In this document: piece by piece, positions 52,280-64,000 of the stretch
Layout: the number at the start of each line of letters is the position of its first letter
How positions within the stretch are numbered: position 1 is the stretch's first letter
Made by a program: the position numbers and the translations under genes
NCBI RefSeq assembly: GCF_036321535.1
Contig: NC_087436.1
Location: 15,810,001 to 15,874,000 of the forward strand
Origin: Camelus dromedarius
Taxonomy: Eukaryota
DNA: 64,000 nucleotides
Direction of reading: 5' to 3'
The notes under the pieces: model-generated
Told to the model about the DNA's origin: nothing
Seen by the model: the letters and a program-made list of their open reading frames with translations, nothing else
Databases searched by the model: none

Positions 52280-53591
52280 ACTTTTTATTTGTTAATAATT
52301 GCAGACTTAAAAGTTGCAAGGACATCTGCATATCCTTTTTCTAGTTTAATTTATTATTAACAATCTGTCTCATTTGCTTTATCATTGCTTGTGTCTCTCT
52401 ATATATGTGTACCCACAGTTCCTTTCTGACATTTGAAAGTAAGTTGAGCACATTGGCAGTTTAGCCCTTAATGCCATAGTGTGTATTTCTTAAGAAGGAG
52501 GGGTATCTCTTACATAATTAACATACAATTAGAATGTTTCTCATTTTTGTTTTTTTTGATATTTGCTCATGATTAGATTCAGGTTATACATTACTGAAAA
52601 GAATTCTACATAAGTGATGCTGTGTTTTTCTTAGGGCATCAAATCTGGAGTCCCACAGTGTTCATTTGGTCTTTATTGGTGATGATTTTTATTACTTGAG
52701 GTGTTGTCTGATTTGTTCATTGTATAGCTATTATTTTTACTCTTAGAATTAATAAGCAATCTGTGAGGAGACCCTTTAAAACTATGCAGTTATCTTTCTC
52801 CTTATCAAAAATTTTCCCTAGATTTAGCATCCATTGATTCTTGCCTAAACAAATCTTTATAATGATAGTTGCAAAATAATTTTTCAACTTTAGCATTCCC
52901 TTCATTTTTACCAGTCAACCTTTGTCATTCTCCCATAAACAAGAATCCTCTCTTCTCCCCCATTTATATATTTGTGTATTTATCATCGATACAAACTCCT
53001 GGATTCTTATTTTTTGTAGTTGTTTATAATTCATTACTGTTCTTAATTATTTTGATGCTCAAATTTTGATGTACTGCCATACGTTTTGACACAATAGTGT
53101 GTTTCATAACTGTATAATCTTCATACCTATTCTGGAATGAGCCACTTTTCTCTGGAACTTACGTTCCTTTGTGGAGAATGGTCATGGAGGCCAAGATTTG
53201 GATGTTAGGCATCTTTGCTTTTGGGTTCTTTCAGTTGACAGAGGAAGAAACATGCATATATTTATATATGCACATTGAGTATATGTGCTCATATGCATAC
53301 ACACTCATATTTTATACATGCTTGCATATACATATATACATAGTTAAGAATTTATGAGTTCACACTGACATCTTCAAATTATGTCCACCCTGGTAGGATT
53401 TTTGTTTATCTCCCCTCACTGTATATTTGTATATCTCCTCCACGGTGAGAACCCTGGCTTCCAATAGTATGTACATATCCCATTCGCTCTGATCAAAGTA
53501 CTTCTAAAATAGTTCTAGAATTGCTATGCCTGTACTACTGCCACATACACAAAAACTCATCTAAAAAGAATCAGAATTTGTAGGACTGAGG

Positions 53592-53642
<51 letters not shown>

Positions 53643-56600
53643 CAAATACTGTGTTCATAAATTACTTGAATTAGCTCTTTTCCTCCCTTCTGTATGATTA
53701 TGGTATCAATTTAAACTGCAGTTGGATTTTTGGTTTTGTTTTAGTTACACCCCTTCCCATCGTTATTGATTTAATTAAAATTTTTGTTGAACGTTTGGAG
53801 CATCTTTTCTCTTTGTTTGCTTCATTGTTTTCTGATTTGCCTTTCATTTGCTTAGTTTTGTTAAGCAAAGCAGATAAGTGTCTAATTTTCTCTTTCTTAT
53901 GCAAAAGATAGCATATGCTTTTTCCCCCTAATTTTTTATTGTGGTAATTTATATATAACATAAAATTTACCATCTTAACCATTTTTAAGTGTACAGTTGA
54001 GTGTTGTTGAGTACCTTTATATTGTGCAACTATCACAACCATCCATCTCCAGAACTCTTTTCATCTTGCAAAACTGAAACTCTATACCCATGAAACAATA
54101 ACTCTACACCCTCTCATCCCCTGACACCCCTGGCAACCACCATTCTATATCCTGTGTTCATGATTTTGATTATTCTACTTCATGTAAGTGGAATCATACA
54201 GTATTTGCCTTTTTGTGGCTGGCTTTTTTCACCAACAGAATGCGTCTTCCAGATTCATCTGTGTTGTCATATATTGCAGGATTTCCTTCCTTTTTAAAGA
54301 TGAATAATATTCATTGTATGCGTATATACATATTTTGTTTATCCTTTTATCCATTGATGGACACTTGGGTTGCACCTACATTTTAGCTATATAAATAATG
54401 TTCTTGTGAACATGGTGTACAAATATCTCTTTGAGACCTAATTTTCAACTTTTTGGGGTATAAACCCAGAAGTGGAATTGTTGAATCATATGGTAATTCT
54501 ATTTTTAATTTTTTGAGGCGCTTCCATACTGGTTTCCATAGTGGCTGTGCCATTTTACATTCTTTTCAACAGTACACAAGTGTTTCAGTTTCTCCACATC
54601 CTTTCCAGCACTTCTTCCTTTCTGTGAGTTTTCTTTTCTTTTCTTTTCTTTTTTTTAATAGTAGCTATCGTAATGGTTTATTGTAGTTCTGATTTGTATT
54701 TCCCTAATGATTAATGATTTGGGGCATTTTTTCATGTGCTGATTGGTCTTTTGTATTTTCTTCTTTGGAGAAATGTTTATTTAAATCTTTTGCCCATTTT
54801 TGAATAAGGTTGTTTATTGTTGAATTTTAGAAGTTCTGCATAGATTCTAGCTGGTAATCTCTTATCAAATATATGATATTTTCTCCCATTCTATGGATTG
54901 CTGTTTTACTCTATTAATAGTGTCTTTTGATGCACAAAAATTAAAAATTTTCATGAAATTCAGTATGTGTTTTCTTTTTGTTGCTTGCACCTTTGGTGTC
55001 ATATCCAAGAAATCATTGCCAAATTCAGTGTCATGAAGATTTTGCCCTGTGTTTTCTTCTAAGAGTTTTACAATTTTAAATCTGACATTTAGATCTTTAA
55101 TTCATTGTGAGTTAATTTTTTCTATATAGTGTAAGGTGTAAGAGTAGAAGTTCATTCTTTTGCTTATGGCTGTCCAGTTTTTCCAGCACCATTTGTTGAA
55201 AAGGCTGTCCTTTCCCCTTTATATGGTCTTGGCACCAGCTTATGCTCTTTTGAAATTTCCTATTCTCACATAATACTTTCTTATGGAAGTCACTGTGTAT
55301 CATTCCTTGGAGATCTTTCTCATTTTTATTTATTTATTTATTTTTACAGCTGCGTAGTTTTCTTTTGTGTGTATGTACTGTCTTATTTAACCAATCTCCT
55401 ATACTTAGACATTTGGTTAGTTTCTGTTATTTCCAAATAATGCTATAATAAATAACCTCATTCAAATCTATTTTTCTATGGTTGGTGGTGTATCTCCAGG
55501 ATGTATTCCTAGGAGTAGAATAGCTGAGTAGAAGTGCAAATTCATTTGTGGTTCTGTTAGGCACTAGAAGATACTCACTTTCATGTGGATTGACCCATTT
55601 TGCTAGCAATATATGAAAGTGCCTGTTTACTCATGGTGTGTATTGTCGAGCTTTTGATGTTTTCTGCTAGTCTGGTGGGTGAGAAATGATATTTTAGCAT
55701 AGTCGTAATTTGCATTTCTCATATTTTGAATTTTTATGTCTTTTCACAATTTTAGAACCATTTTAATATTTTTTTGTAAATCGTATGTTCATGTCTTTGG
55801 TCTATTTTTCTATGGATTTTTTGGTCTTTTTTCCCTCAATTAAAAAAATATTTTTGCACATAAGGGATATTAGCCTTCTATCTATGTTACATGTTGCAAA
55901 TACTTTCTCCCAGTTTGCGATTTGTCTTTCAGCTTTGTTTATGGTATTATGCCATGCAGATTTTACTTTAATATAGTCAAATTTAATAATCTTTTTCTTT
56001 TTTGCAGCTGGATTTTAAATCGTACTTAGAAAGGCTCTCCCTAAGTTCAGTTTATATAGAAATTTACCCATTTTTTTCTATTACTTGTATAATTTCATTT
56101 TTTTACATGTAGATCTCTGATCCATTCTGTGTATTATGAAGAATGAATCCCATTTTGTCTTTTTCCAAATGTCTACTCACTTGTCCCAATACTAGAGATC
56201 AACTTCACCCCAGTAATTTGGCATACTATCTTTATCATATACTTGATGTTTTATATCATTGGTCTGTTTTTGAACTTTTCTGTTTATTTAGTCATACCTC
56301 AGTACTACACTGTTTTAGTTTTAGAAGCTATGTAGTACTTTTTAATATCTGGTAGAGTTAGTCTGTCTTCATAGCTCTTACTTTTTAGTGTTTTCCTAGC
56401 TAATTCTTTTGAATTTATTTTTCTATATTAATTTTAGCATCCACTTGGTCTAGTTTCATTATAAAAGCTCATTGGTGTTTTCATTGGGAACACATTGCAC
56501 TTATTAAATATTTTAGGTAGAACTGATACCATAATTATATTGAGGCATTTTTCACCTAGAACATGGAACATCTTTCATTTTGTTCAAGTCTACTTTTGTT

Positions 56601-56730
56601 TCTTTCAGGAAAGTTTATATTTTTCTTTATATAGATTACTTGTTAATTGTATTCTTAATTATTTTTTTCCTTTTATGTTGCTATTGTAAATGGGGTTTTC
56701 TCACCCATTATATCTTCTAACTGGTTATTA
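52280..56730 (-). mobile_element. Stack of L1 elements (L1MC-like, L1MA/MB-like at about 53930-55235, L1ME-like)
   Basis: Several L1 3' UTR and ORF2-end motifs (cccagaagtggaattg, ccagcaccatttgttgaaaagg). Confidence 0.8.
53594..53638. repeat. (AC)22 microsatellite
   Basis: Read directly. Confidence 0.97.
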
Positions 56731-57641
56731 TTTGTTACTAGTGAGATATTTTTTTCTATATTTACTAAAAACACTTTTAATTTGGACATGAAATTTTTAC
56801 CATATGTCACATCCATGTGTACATATAAAGGGAAATAGAAGCAAAATAAATTGTTTAAGGTATATCTAAAACTGTTTGATATTCAGAGTCCAATTCTTCT
56901 GAGTTACTTTTTGATTAAGAGTTCTTGGTATCTGTGTTAACTACCCAGTGTTATCCTCTTGGCCATCAAAAATACTGTTGTTGTAGCATTCTTAAGAGAG
57001 TATTTCTTTATCATCTTGGATTTTCTTCTAAGCCACTGTTACTGATTTTGCAAATTTTGATGCTGGTATTTTGGTGATTTTATCAAAAAGTGTTAACGGA
57101 AGGTTTTAAAGACAAACAACTGAGATGCATTCCTTTCTCAAATGATACTTAAGTGGTTTCTTGACATGAATGGTTGCATCGTCCAGCCACACTACTGGAA
57201 ATAACGACCAGATTTCTATGGTGCTGCTGCCTAAGTAACACAGATACATGGAACATAATATGCACTTTATTTCAGAGACACTAAAATAAGAAAATTAAAA
57301 GCCTTAGAATTGATGAAATATAGTATCTACTTGTACATTTCTTTATCTATTTATATTTTCAGTTAAGAACTTTTTCTTCAAAACCATGGTTTATTTGATT
57401 GAAGTTTTCCTTTGTAAGAACTGAAATTTCATTATTGATAGGTGTGATCACCAAAGTGGAGTGAAGGAAGGAAATAACACTTATCTAGATTTTAGAAATC
57501 ATATCCTTTTAAATTTCAGTTTTAGTGCATGTGTTTAAAGGTACATACTACATTAGTAAAGTAGCATATACTATATTAGTGATTTACCACTGATGTAGAG
57601 GTCAGACTTTGGGCAACCTTGGCTTAACTGAAAAACAGCCC

Positions 57642-58020
57642 TGAGGCGGGTAGTATTTTCCAAGGATGACAGCAATAGTTTCTCCCATCTCACGCATTCT
57701 TGCAAGTGTGCGTAGAGGTGAGGTCTATGTCCCCTCCCTTTGAAACTGGAAGGGTTTTTGTGGTTTTCAACGTATAGAGCGTGGTAGAAGTGACGTGATG
57801 TGACTTTGAGGCTAACTGAAATGCTTGTGCTTGGGGCACTGAGCTGTGATGCAAATTCAACTGTTTTAGACCAGTAGGTGGTAAGGAAGCTCAAAGTAGC
57901 TCAGCAGGGAGAGCACACGGAGAGGCTCTGGAACCGGAGAAGAGCCGTCCAGCCACCATATTCTTTAGCAGCTGCCTCCCTCAACTGTTCCTGATGTAGC
58001 CACTGTATGACCGCAACTGT
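57642..58020 (+). mobile_element. MLT1 LTR (MLT1F/G/H-like)
   Basis: gtattttccaaggatgac...tctcccatc and tctatgtcccctccctttgaa motifs. Confidence 0.75.
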
Positions 58021-58124
58021 CCCAAACAGGAAAGTGAGAGCACTTGAGATTTAGTATAGGGTTATTTGTATTCGAACAGTGCATTAAAAAATGAATGGCC
58101 TTAGTGACTCAATACTTTACATTT

Positions 58125-58345
58125 TTGTTGTCTTTATTGAGATGTAGTTCACATATATTAAAACTTGCCATTTGCAAGCACACAGTTTAATGACTTTTAG
58201 TGTATTCCTAGGATTGTAGGACCAGGACCATATCCACATAATTCAGGAATGTTTGTGTCACCCCCAGAACGAGATCCTGTACCCAGTAACAGTCACACCC
58301 TACTCCTCCTTCCCTCCAGCTCCTGGCAGCCACGAATCTACTTTG
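58125..58345 (-). mobile_element. L1 3' end fragment
   Basis: tttattgagatgtagttcaca...cctggcagccacgaatctactt. Confidence 0.75.
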
Positions 58346-59238
58346 TTATCACTCATATTTAACATTTAGTTTTTAAACTTAGTTGTCTAATTTTCTTTCC
58401 TTCGCACATTTGATATAATTCACTAGAGGGATCTTGAGAGTGCTTTAGACTGGTTTAATGATAGCAGAAGTGACAGCTGAGAATGTAACAGTATGGAGGA
58501 TCCAGAATTAAAAAACAAACGAACCACAGTGCTTCATTATTTAAAGGATAGTAATGATATGACTAATGAATGTCTCTGTGTCATCAAGAAAAAGTTATAT
58601 TTAATTATCTTTTTAAGGAGCCAGAGAATTCTGCATTTTTTATTAAAAAGTATGTGGGGAAAATACTGAAAATTAAAAGCGCAAATAAAATTAGAGAGGG
58701 TACTTTTTTCTGTCTCTAAAACGAAAAAGTAGATTTTAATGTCTGTTTTAAAAGAAATCCTGTCAGTAAGAGGTATATGTCATTAGTTATTCTTAAAAAG
58801 TTCATATATATTTCACTCTACTTTTAGATACACGTATGTGTATTTAGTCTTTGATTTTTGAGAAAGATACCTGTCACCCATATCATTTCCCCGTGGAAGG
58901 CTAAGACTTGGTCATAAAATCCAGGAGCAACTGTAGTCTCCAAAGTGGGATGCTTAAGATGACTCACTAAAGTACTTGAAGAAAGTATTAGAATTTATTA
59001 TATTCATTTTCTTAATGAGTAATGATAAGAAACATTAAGAAAAAATTAACTTTACTGTGGTAACCCTCATTCTGTCTGATGGTCAAGTAGGATTTATAGC
59101 TTGTGTGGCATCCTAAGGAAGCCTGGAGGGGGTGATAATAGAAACTTCACTAAGTGTTTCCTTTCCATTTGTTATAATAAGTTTACCTGTGCCTGGGTGA
59201 GCAAAATTAAAGATAATATTATTTTAAATAATAGACTT

Positions 59239-59377
59239 AAAAAATTAATTAATTTTTGGCAGAGGAGGTAATTAGGTTTACTTATTTATTTGTTTCTAGA
59301 GGAAGTACTGGGGATTGAACCCAGGACCTTGTGTATGCTAAGCATGCACTCTACCACTTGACCTATACCCTTCCCCC
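59239..59377 (-). mobile_element. tRNA-Ala-derived SINE (long tail)
   Basis: Perfect 15-bp TSD TTAAATAATAGACTT (59224-59238, 59378-59392). Confidence 0.95.
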
Positions 59378-59618
59378 TTAAATAATAGACTTTTAACAAT
59401 ATTTTGTGGTGAGGAGTGATTATAAAAATATTTTAATACTCAGTTTCACTACCTATAGCATGATAGAGTATTTAAAACAAAATTTAGAGAGGAGTTAGGC
59501 ATTTTCTTATTAAAGAAAGATCTTCTAAATTGATCTTTTCTGTAATTGTCAGTGGTATTTTTATACGTATAAACGTAATGTGTCCTTTGACATTTAAAGC
59601 TATGAATGAGAAAGTAAC

Positions 59619-59700
59619 TTTTTTTGTTTTTTTTGGAGGGGGAGGTTATTAGGTTTATTTATTTACTTATTTACTTACTGTAACGGAGATACTGGGGAAT
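59619..59700 (-). mobile_element. 5'-truncated SINE (tail plus last bases of the tRNA-like head)
   Basis: gggaggttattaggtttattt...ggagatactgggga, then stops. Confidence 0.8.
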
Positions 59701-60499
59701 GGAGGTACTTTTTGAGTGAAATTTGTCTTGTGAAAATGGATGTTTGGAGATGTTTACTTTATTTTCTGACTTTGTTGTTGAAAGGGGTATGTCACTTATT
59801 AAAGTGGTTATACTTTGAAAAACACAGAGACAAAATTTTTAGTCCATTTTTTTCCCAAAAAGTTATAGAGGATTTTGAATTTACATTTTAAAAACAAAAC
59901 AATACTTTATAATGAGTTTGTAAGAAAAGCTGGAAAATTATACTTAAATTTCAGCAAAGCCAGTGTATCCTATCTTACAATTGGATTTATGTATATTTGT
60001 GTACTCCTCTTTCTAATCTATTTTGACATGAAAACCAAACTTAGATGAGACCTCTGATTGCTGTATCACAAAGTGTTTACACCAAGATTTAAAAACAGGC
60101 ATATGCATTCACATTCCTTTCAATTAAAAAAAGCAAAAAAGGAGAGAGTGTAAAAGGTTTTCTGTATCAGTATAAATAAAAAAAATTATCTCTTTACTTC
60201 ACTTAATTTCTTTTTCTTATTTTTAGAACATATATATTAGTATTCAGTAGTCCATATATAACTTATGCATTAATATGTCTGTGATCTGACTACTTAAACT
60301 TTTACTGATAGGAATGTGTAATCTGAGGTTTGGAGATCATTAATCCAGATTATTGTCTGCTATTTCAGGGGAGAAATTTGAACTCCCCATCACTAATGAA
60401 GCGCTTTTGCCTAGAGGGCCACTATTCTGTTAACTCCTGTAAAGTTTAAACTCGTGCTGATGCCATATTCAAAGTAACTGGTGCTTCACCAAATTTGTC

Positions 60500-62075
60500 A
60501 AGTTTAGTCAAATATTTTTCTGCCTGTATTTTTCTGGTTTTCTCTTCTGAGCCTCTAATGACTCACGCATTAGACTTTTTGATATTGTTCCACATGTCCC
60601 AGAGGCTATTCATTGTATTCAGTCTTTATTCTCTTTGTTCTTCAGATTGGATTCTGCATATTCACTGGTTATTACTACAGTTTCCTCTGTCATCTCCATT
60701 CTGTAAATGAACCTGTCCAGATCTATTTTTCAGTAGATCTTTCACTTGTAAAATTTCTCTGCTGAGAACCTCTGTCTTTCCATTCATTTCACACTTCTTT
60801 ACCTTTATCTTTACCTCCTGAAGCTTAGTTATAATAGCTGCTTTAAAATCTTTGATAATTCCGACATTTGAGTCATCTCATGGACATCTGTTTATTATCA
60901 TTTTTTTCTTGAAATGCATCACATTTTCCCGATTCTTATTTGTCAGGTAGTTTTGAATTGTATCCTAGATTTTGTGAGTGTTTTGTTGGTAGACCCTAAG
61001 TTCTGTTGCATTCCTTGGAGGAAGTTGATTGTTTTAGCAGGTGATCTACTTGGTTAGGGTCAGACCATGGGTTTTGTCGTGCTTTCTGTATATGGCGCTT
61101 TCAGGATAGGTTCAGTTTTTAAGACCTTTGCCTTGCTGCTTTGGGCCTGTCCTGTGCATGTGCCACTCGGAGATTAGTCTGAGACTTGCTCAGTTAAATT
61201 CTCAAAGCTTTTGCTTTGCTGGTTTAAGTCTGTCATGTGGGTAGCTTAGGAATGAGTCTAAGACTTGTGTGGGTTCATTGCATGCCTTCTCCTTTCTATG
61301 ACTCCTATACCCTCTGCAGCCTGTCCTGGTTTCTCTGGCTTAAAAGACAGGGTTTCTATCAGGATTTTTAGCTGTCTCTTCCATTGCTCTGCTGTGCAAC
61401 TCCCTCAGGGCAGAATCAAGGCTTGTTTTTAAAATATTTAAAATATGGAGTAGCCTTTAAGATTACTTTAGCCATTTTACTAAGGCTTGATCCTTTTGGA
61501 ATCTCTCCTCAAAGTTGCATGTTTAAGATCTTTCTTCTTTGGTCAGAATTCTTACCTCTTCCAGTCCTGTGTGATCTGATAGGATTTCTTAGTTTACAGT
61601 CCCCAGGAGTTGTTCTTGGTGGTGTTCTGAGCCTCACCCTATGCCTGTGCAGCTTGGTATTCAACCAACTAGTCAAAGGGACCACTATTTAGATTTCTGG
61701 AGCAATTTCTGAGGTAATCTTCTCTGGTGCCCTACCCCCTAGATTCCAGCCACCTCAGTCTCCGTGAATTCTGATCTATGTCTGTTCAACTCATAAGATT
61801 GTCTCCTCAGCTCAGTAAAAAAAAGTGCCATCTTTTCAACCCTTTGAAACATTTGTGCTCTGCTTGGGCTCCTTCCCTGTTTGTAGTTTAGAAAGTGCCT
61901 CTGGGCACAAGGTTGGCAGAAATCTTACCTTGTTTATTTCTCTTCTCTCAGAGATTACAGACCAGTTCTGCCTATTGTCTAGTGTCTGAAAATAGTTGCT
62001 TTATATATTTTGTTTAGTTTTCCAGTTGTGTGTATGGTAAGAAGTTAAATCCAGTGTTAATTACTCAGTTGTGGC
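60500..62075 (-). mobile_element. Ancient L1 5'/ORF1-region fragments
   Basis: ttgatattgttccacatgtcccagaggct and gttataatagctgctttaaaatc motifs. Confidence 0.6.
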
Positions 62076-62095
62076 CAATGGGAGATGTGTTGTCC

Positions 62096-62097
<2 letters not shown>

Positions 62098-62172
<75 letters not shown>
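62098..62172. repeat. (TTA)25 microsatellite in a SINE tail
   Basis: Read directly. Confidence 0.97.
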
Positions 62173-62173
<1 letters not shown>

Positions 62174-62303
62174 GTTTTTGGTTGGGGGAGGTAATTAGGT
62201 GTACTTATTTGTTTATTTATTTTTAGAGGAGGTACTGGGGATTGAACCCAGGACCTTGTGCATGCTAAGCATGCGCTCTAGCACTTGAGTTATACCTTCT
62301 TCC
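62098..62303 (-). mobile_element. tRNA-Ala-derived SINE (long tail)
   Basis: Reverse head at about 62227-62300; TSD TCCCATTATT on both sides. Confidence 0.93.
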
Positions 62304-62339
62304 TCCCATTATTTTTTTAACATAACAACTTACTAAATA

Positions 62340-63000
62340 AATTTGTGCTGCCTAACAAATTAACCCAGAGCTTAGAGGCTTAACACAAATACACAAAATT
62401 TCATACCATTACAGTATCTCAACAAACTCGAGAATCTCATCATCTAGTTCAAGTCCAAGTATGGGTAAGACTCCTTAGGTGTAGTTTCTTAAGAAAAGCT
62501 TTTTGTGGACAGTTCCTCTAGCTCTGTAGACTTGTAAAATTAGAGACAAGTTATCTGCCCCGACGCCAATATTTAATGATGGACTAGTGTTGAGTAACTG
62601 CTATACACATTCTTATTTAAAAGAGGGGGGAATACACAAGGGAGCCACTGGTCTAAAGTACTGAAATCCAGCCAAATGTTGAAACTTCCTTGGTTAGGTC
62701 TCAAGCGGGGAATATATTTCTAGGGCTCTTGATTTGCCGTCTAGATTCTTTGTTCTGCCATCTGAATCATGTCCCCTTTTTCAGAAAGATAGCGTATCTT
62801 TACAGCTGAGCAAAAGCCTCAGCTTGCTTCCTCCAGTAAAATTCTGGGAGTCCAAAGGCCTGTCCTCACTCTGTCCTATCTCTAGCTTCCTCAGTCCAAG
62901 CTGGTGATGCTTCTGCATATTTACCTCTTTTGTGAACTTTGTGGGTTTACTGTGAATTGCTCCATTGGACAAAACCTCACCCATAAGTATCTTCTAGATG
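62340..63000 (-). mobile_element. MaLR LTR end plus MLT1 internal sequence
   Basis: gctgcctaacaaattaaccc, agagacaagttatctgcccc and ctgaaatccagcc motifs. Confidence 0.65.
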
Positions 63001-64000
63001 TGGATTTGTTAAAAAGAGACTTGACTATACCTAATTGTAGGAGTTGGTTAAACTTTATAGTTTAGCTCTCTGTAAGGCTCTTGTCTTTGTGTCTGATTCT
63101 GGAGTTAGGCAAGCCATCAGGAAGAGAGGATGTATGTAAAGTGGAGGAAAGCAAGGGTAAGCTGGAGTCCACAGGACAAGGTGGAGCCCACAAGAACAGA
63201 CTAAAAACCTTATCAGGTCTGGCTTGTTGCCTCTGACCTTGATGGTGTGAGTGTCCTGCAGAAGCTGGGTTCCTTTGTCATTAAGGTTAACACACGCATC
63301 TGAACCAGAAGTATAAAAAGCCAAAAGAAAATGTAGGGGAAGGTAGGGCAGTGGTAGGCCCAGCCACTGTATCACACCATTGAGGTGAATCATCAGGTAA
63401 GTGAAAATGTGTGTGAGCTATAGAATGGGTGCTGCCTTAATTTTAGCTTCTGTGTTTCCCACAAGAATATCTGATATGGACCACCCTGACTAGATATGAG
63501 CAGGAAAGAGAATTCTGGGAAATGTAGCTCTGCCTAGCCACGTTGACACGTTACAGTGCCACCTCATTAGATATCTGAGTTGTTTGTTGCTATTTGTTAC
63601 AAACAATACTAAAACTTAACTAGTGTGTACAAAGTGCTTTAAATATTTTGGTTTATTGGGATAGATTTCTATAAGCCCAGTTGCTGGATCCAACAGTATG
63701 AAATTTTCCTTAAGGCTTTTGAGATTTTTATAACTATATTTCATTCCAGAATGCCTGTATTAATACATAATCTCATGGTGGTGTATCAGTTTTACTGTAC
63801 CATTGCATACGTATATGCATTTATACATTTATTCAAATATCTTTTTATTTGTATCATTCACTACATTCAGATACCTGCAAAGAACAGAATTGATTGAGGT
63901 ATGGTCTGTTTTCAGTTTTTTCAGTTTGATACTTAACACACTTAAATTTATACCATTGCTTTACTGCGAGTAATATATGGTTTTGGCTCTATGAGTTTTA

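Larger units (their letters stand above)
52070..57325. mobile_element. Tc2/Kanga-type DNA transposon split by about 4.5 kb of nested SINE and L1
   Basis: Degenerate TIRs tttcattgaccctaag / cttagaattgatgaaa; 56750-57230 resembles decayed DDE transposase C-terminal sequence on the minus strand. Confidence 0.6.
58931..60342. mobile_element. hAT-Charlie DNA transposon remnant containing two SINEs
   Basis: TIR-like gtagtctccaaa / tttggagatcat; 59960-60125 resembles decayed hAT dimerisation-domain coding sequence. Confidence 0.6.
22393..64000 (+). other. LRBA: Long LRBA intron, continuing beyond the window
   Basis: Starts GTAAGT; the expected next peptide (LVGGQFDLEMNF...) was not found; repeat-rich and T-rich on the + strand. 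Confidence 0.85.

Noticed and set aside
63391..63402. Perfect donor CAG|GTAAGT
   Set aside because: No convincing upstream acceptor or LRBA-like coding frame; isolated donors are common.
1..64000. CRISPR arrays, operons, rRNA, snRNA, numts or processed pseudogenes
   Set aside because: No repeat-spacer structure or recognisable homology seen by eye; a short ncRNA could still have been missed without an Rfam search.

Overview
Mammalian genomic DNA, probably a camelid (inferred from the abundant tRNA-Ala(AGC)-derived SINE of the Vic-1 type). The window holds the 5' end of LRBA on the + strand: a CpG-island promoter (about 20.5-21.9 kb), non-coding first exon(s), the first coding exon (21961-22392, ATG at 22177, 72 codons), then more than 41 kb of intron; I did not find the next coding exon. 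The rest is mostly transposon-derived (L1, L2, MIR, SINEs, ERV1 and MaLR LTRs, Tigger/Tc2/hAT DNA transposons) plus microsatellites. Nearly all other ORFs in the track are repeat remnants or chance frames. I see no novel multi-gene system. The best second-look items are a probable L1 3' transduction (39.4-39.8 kb), a solo LTR containing an internal polypurine tract and a second LTR start, two uORFs in the LRBA leader, alternative first-exon donors and several nested insertions. Repeat family names come from my recollection of consensus sequences, not from a search; boundaries are approximate unless a TSD or TIR is given.
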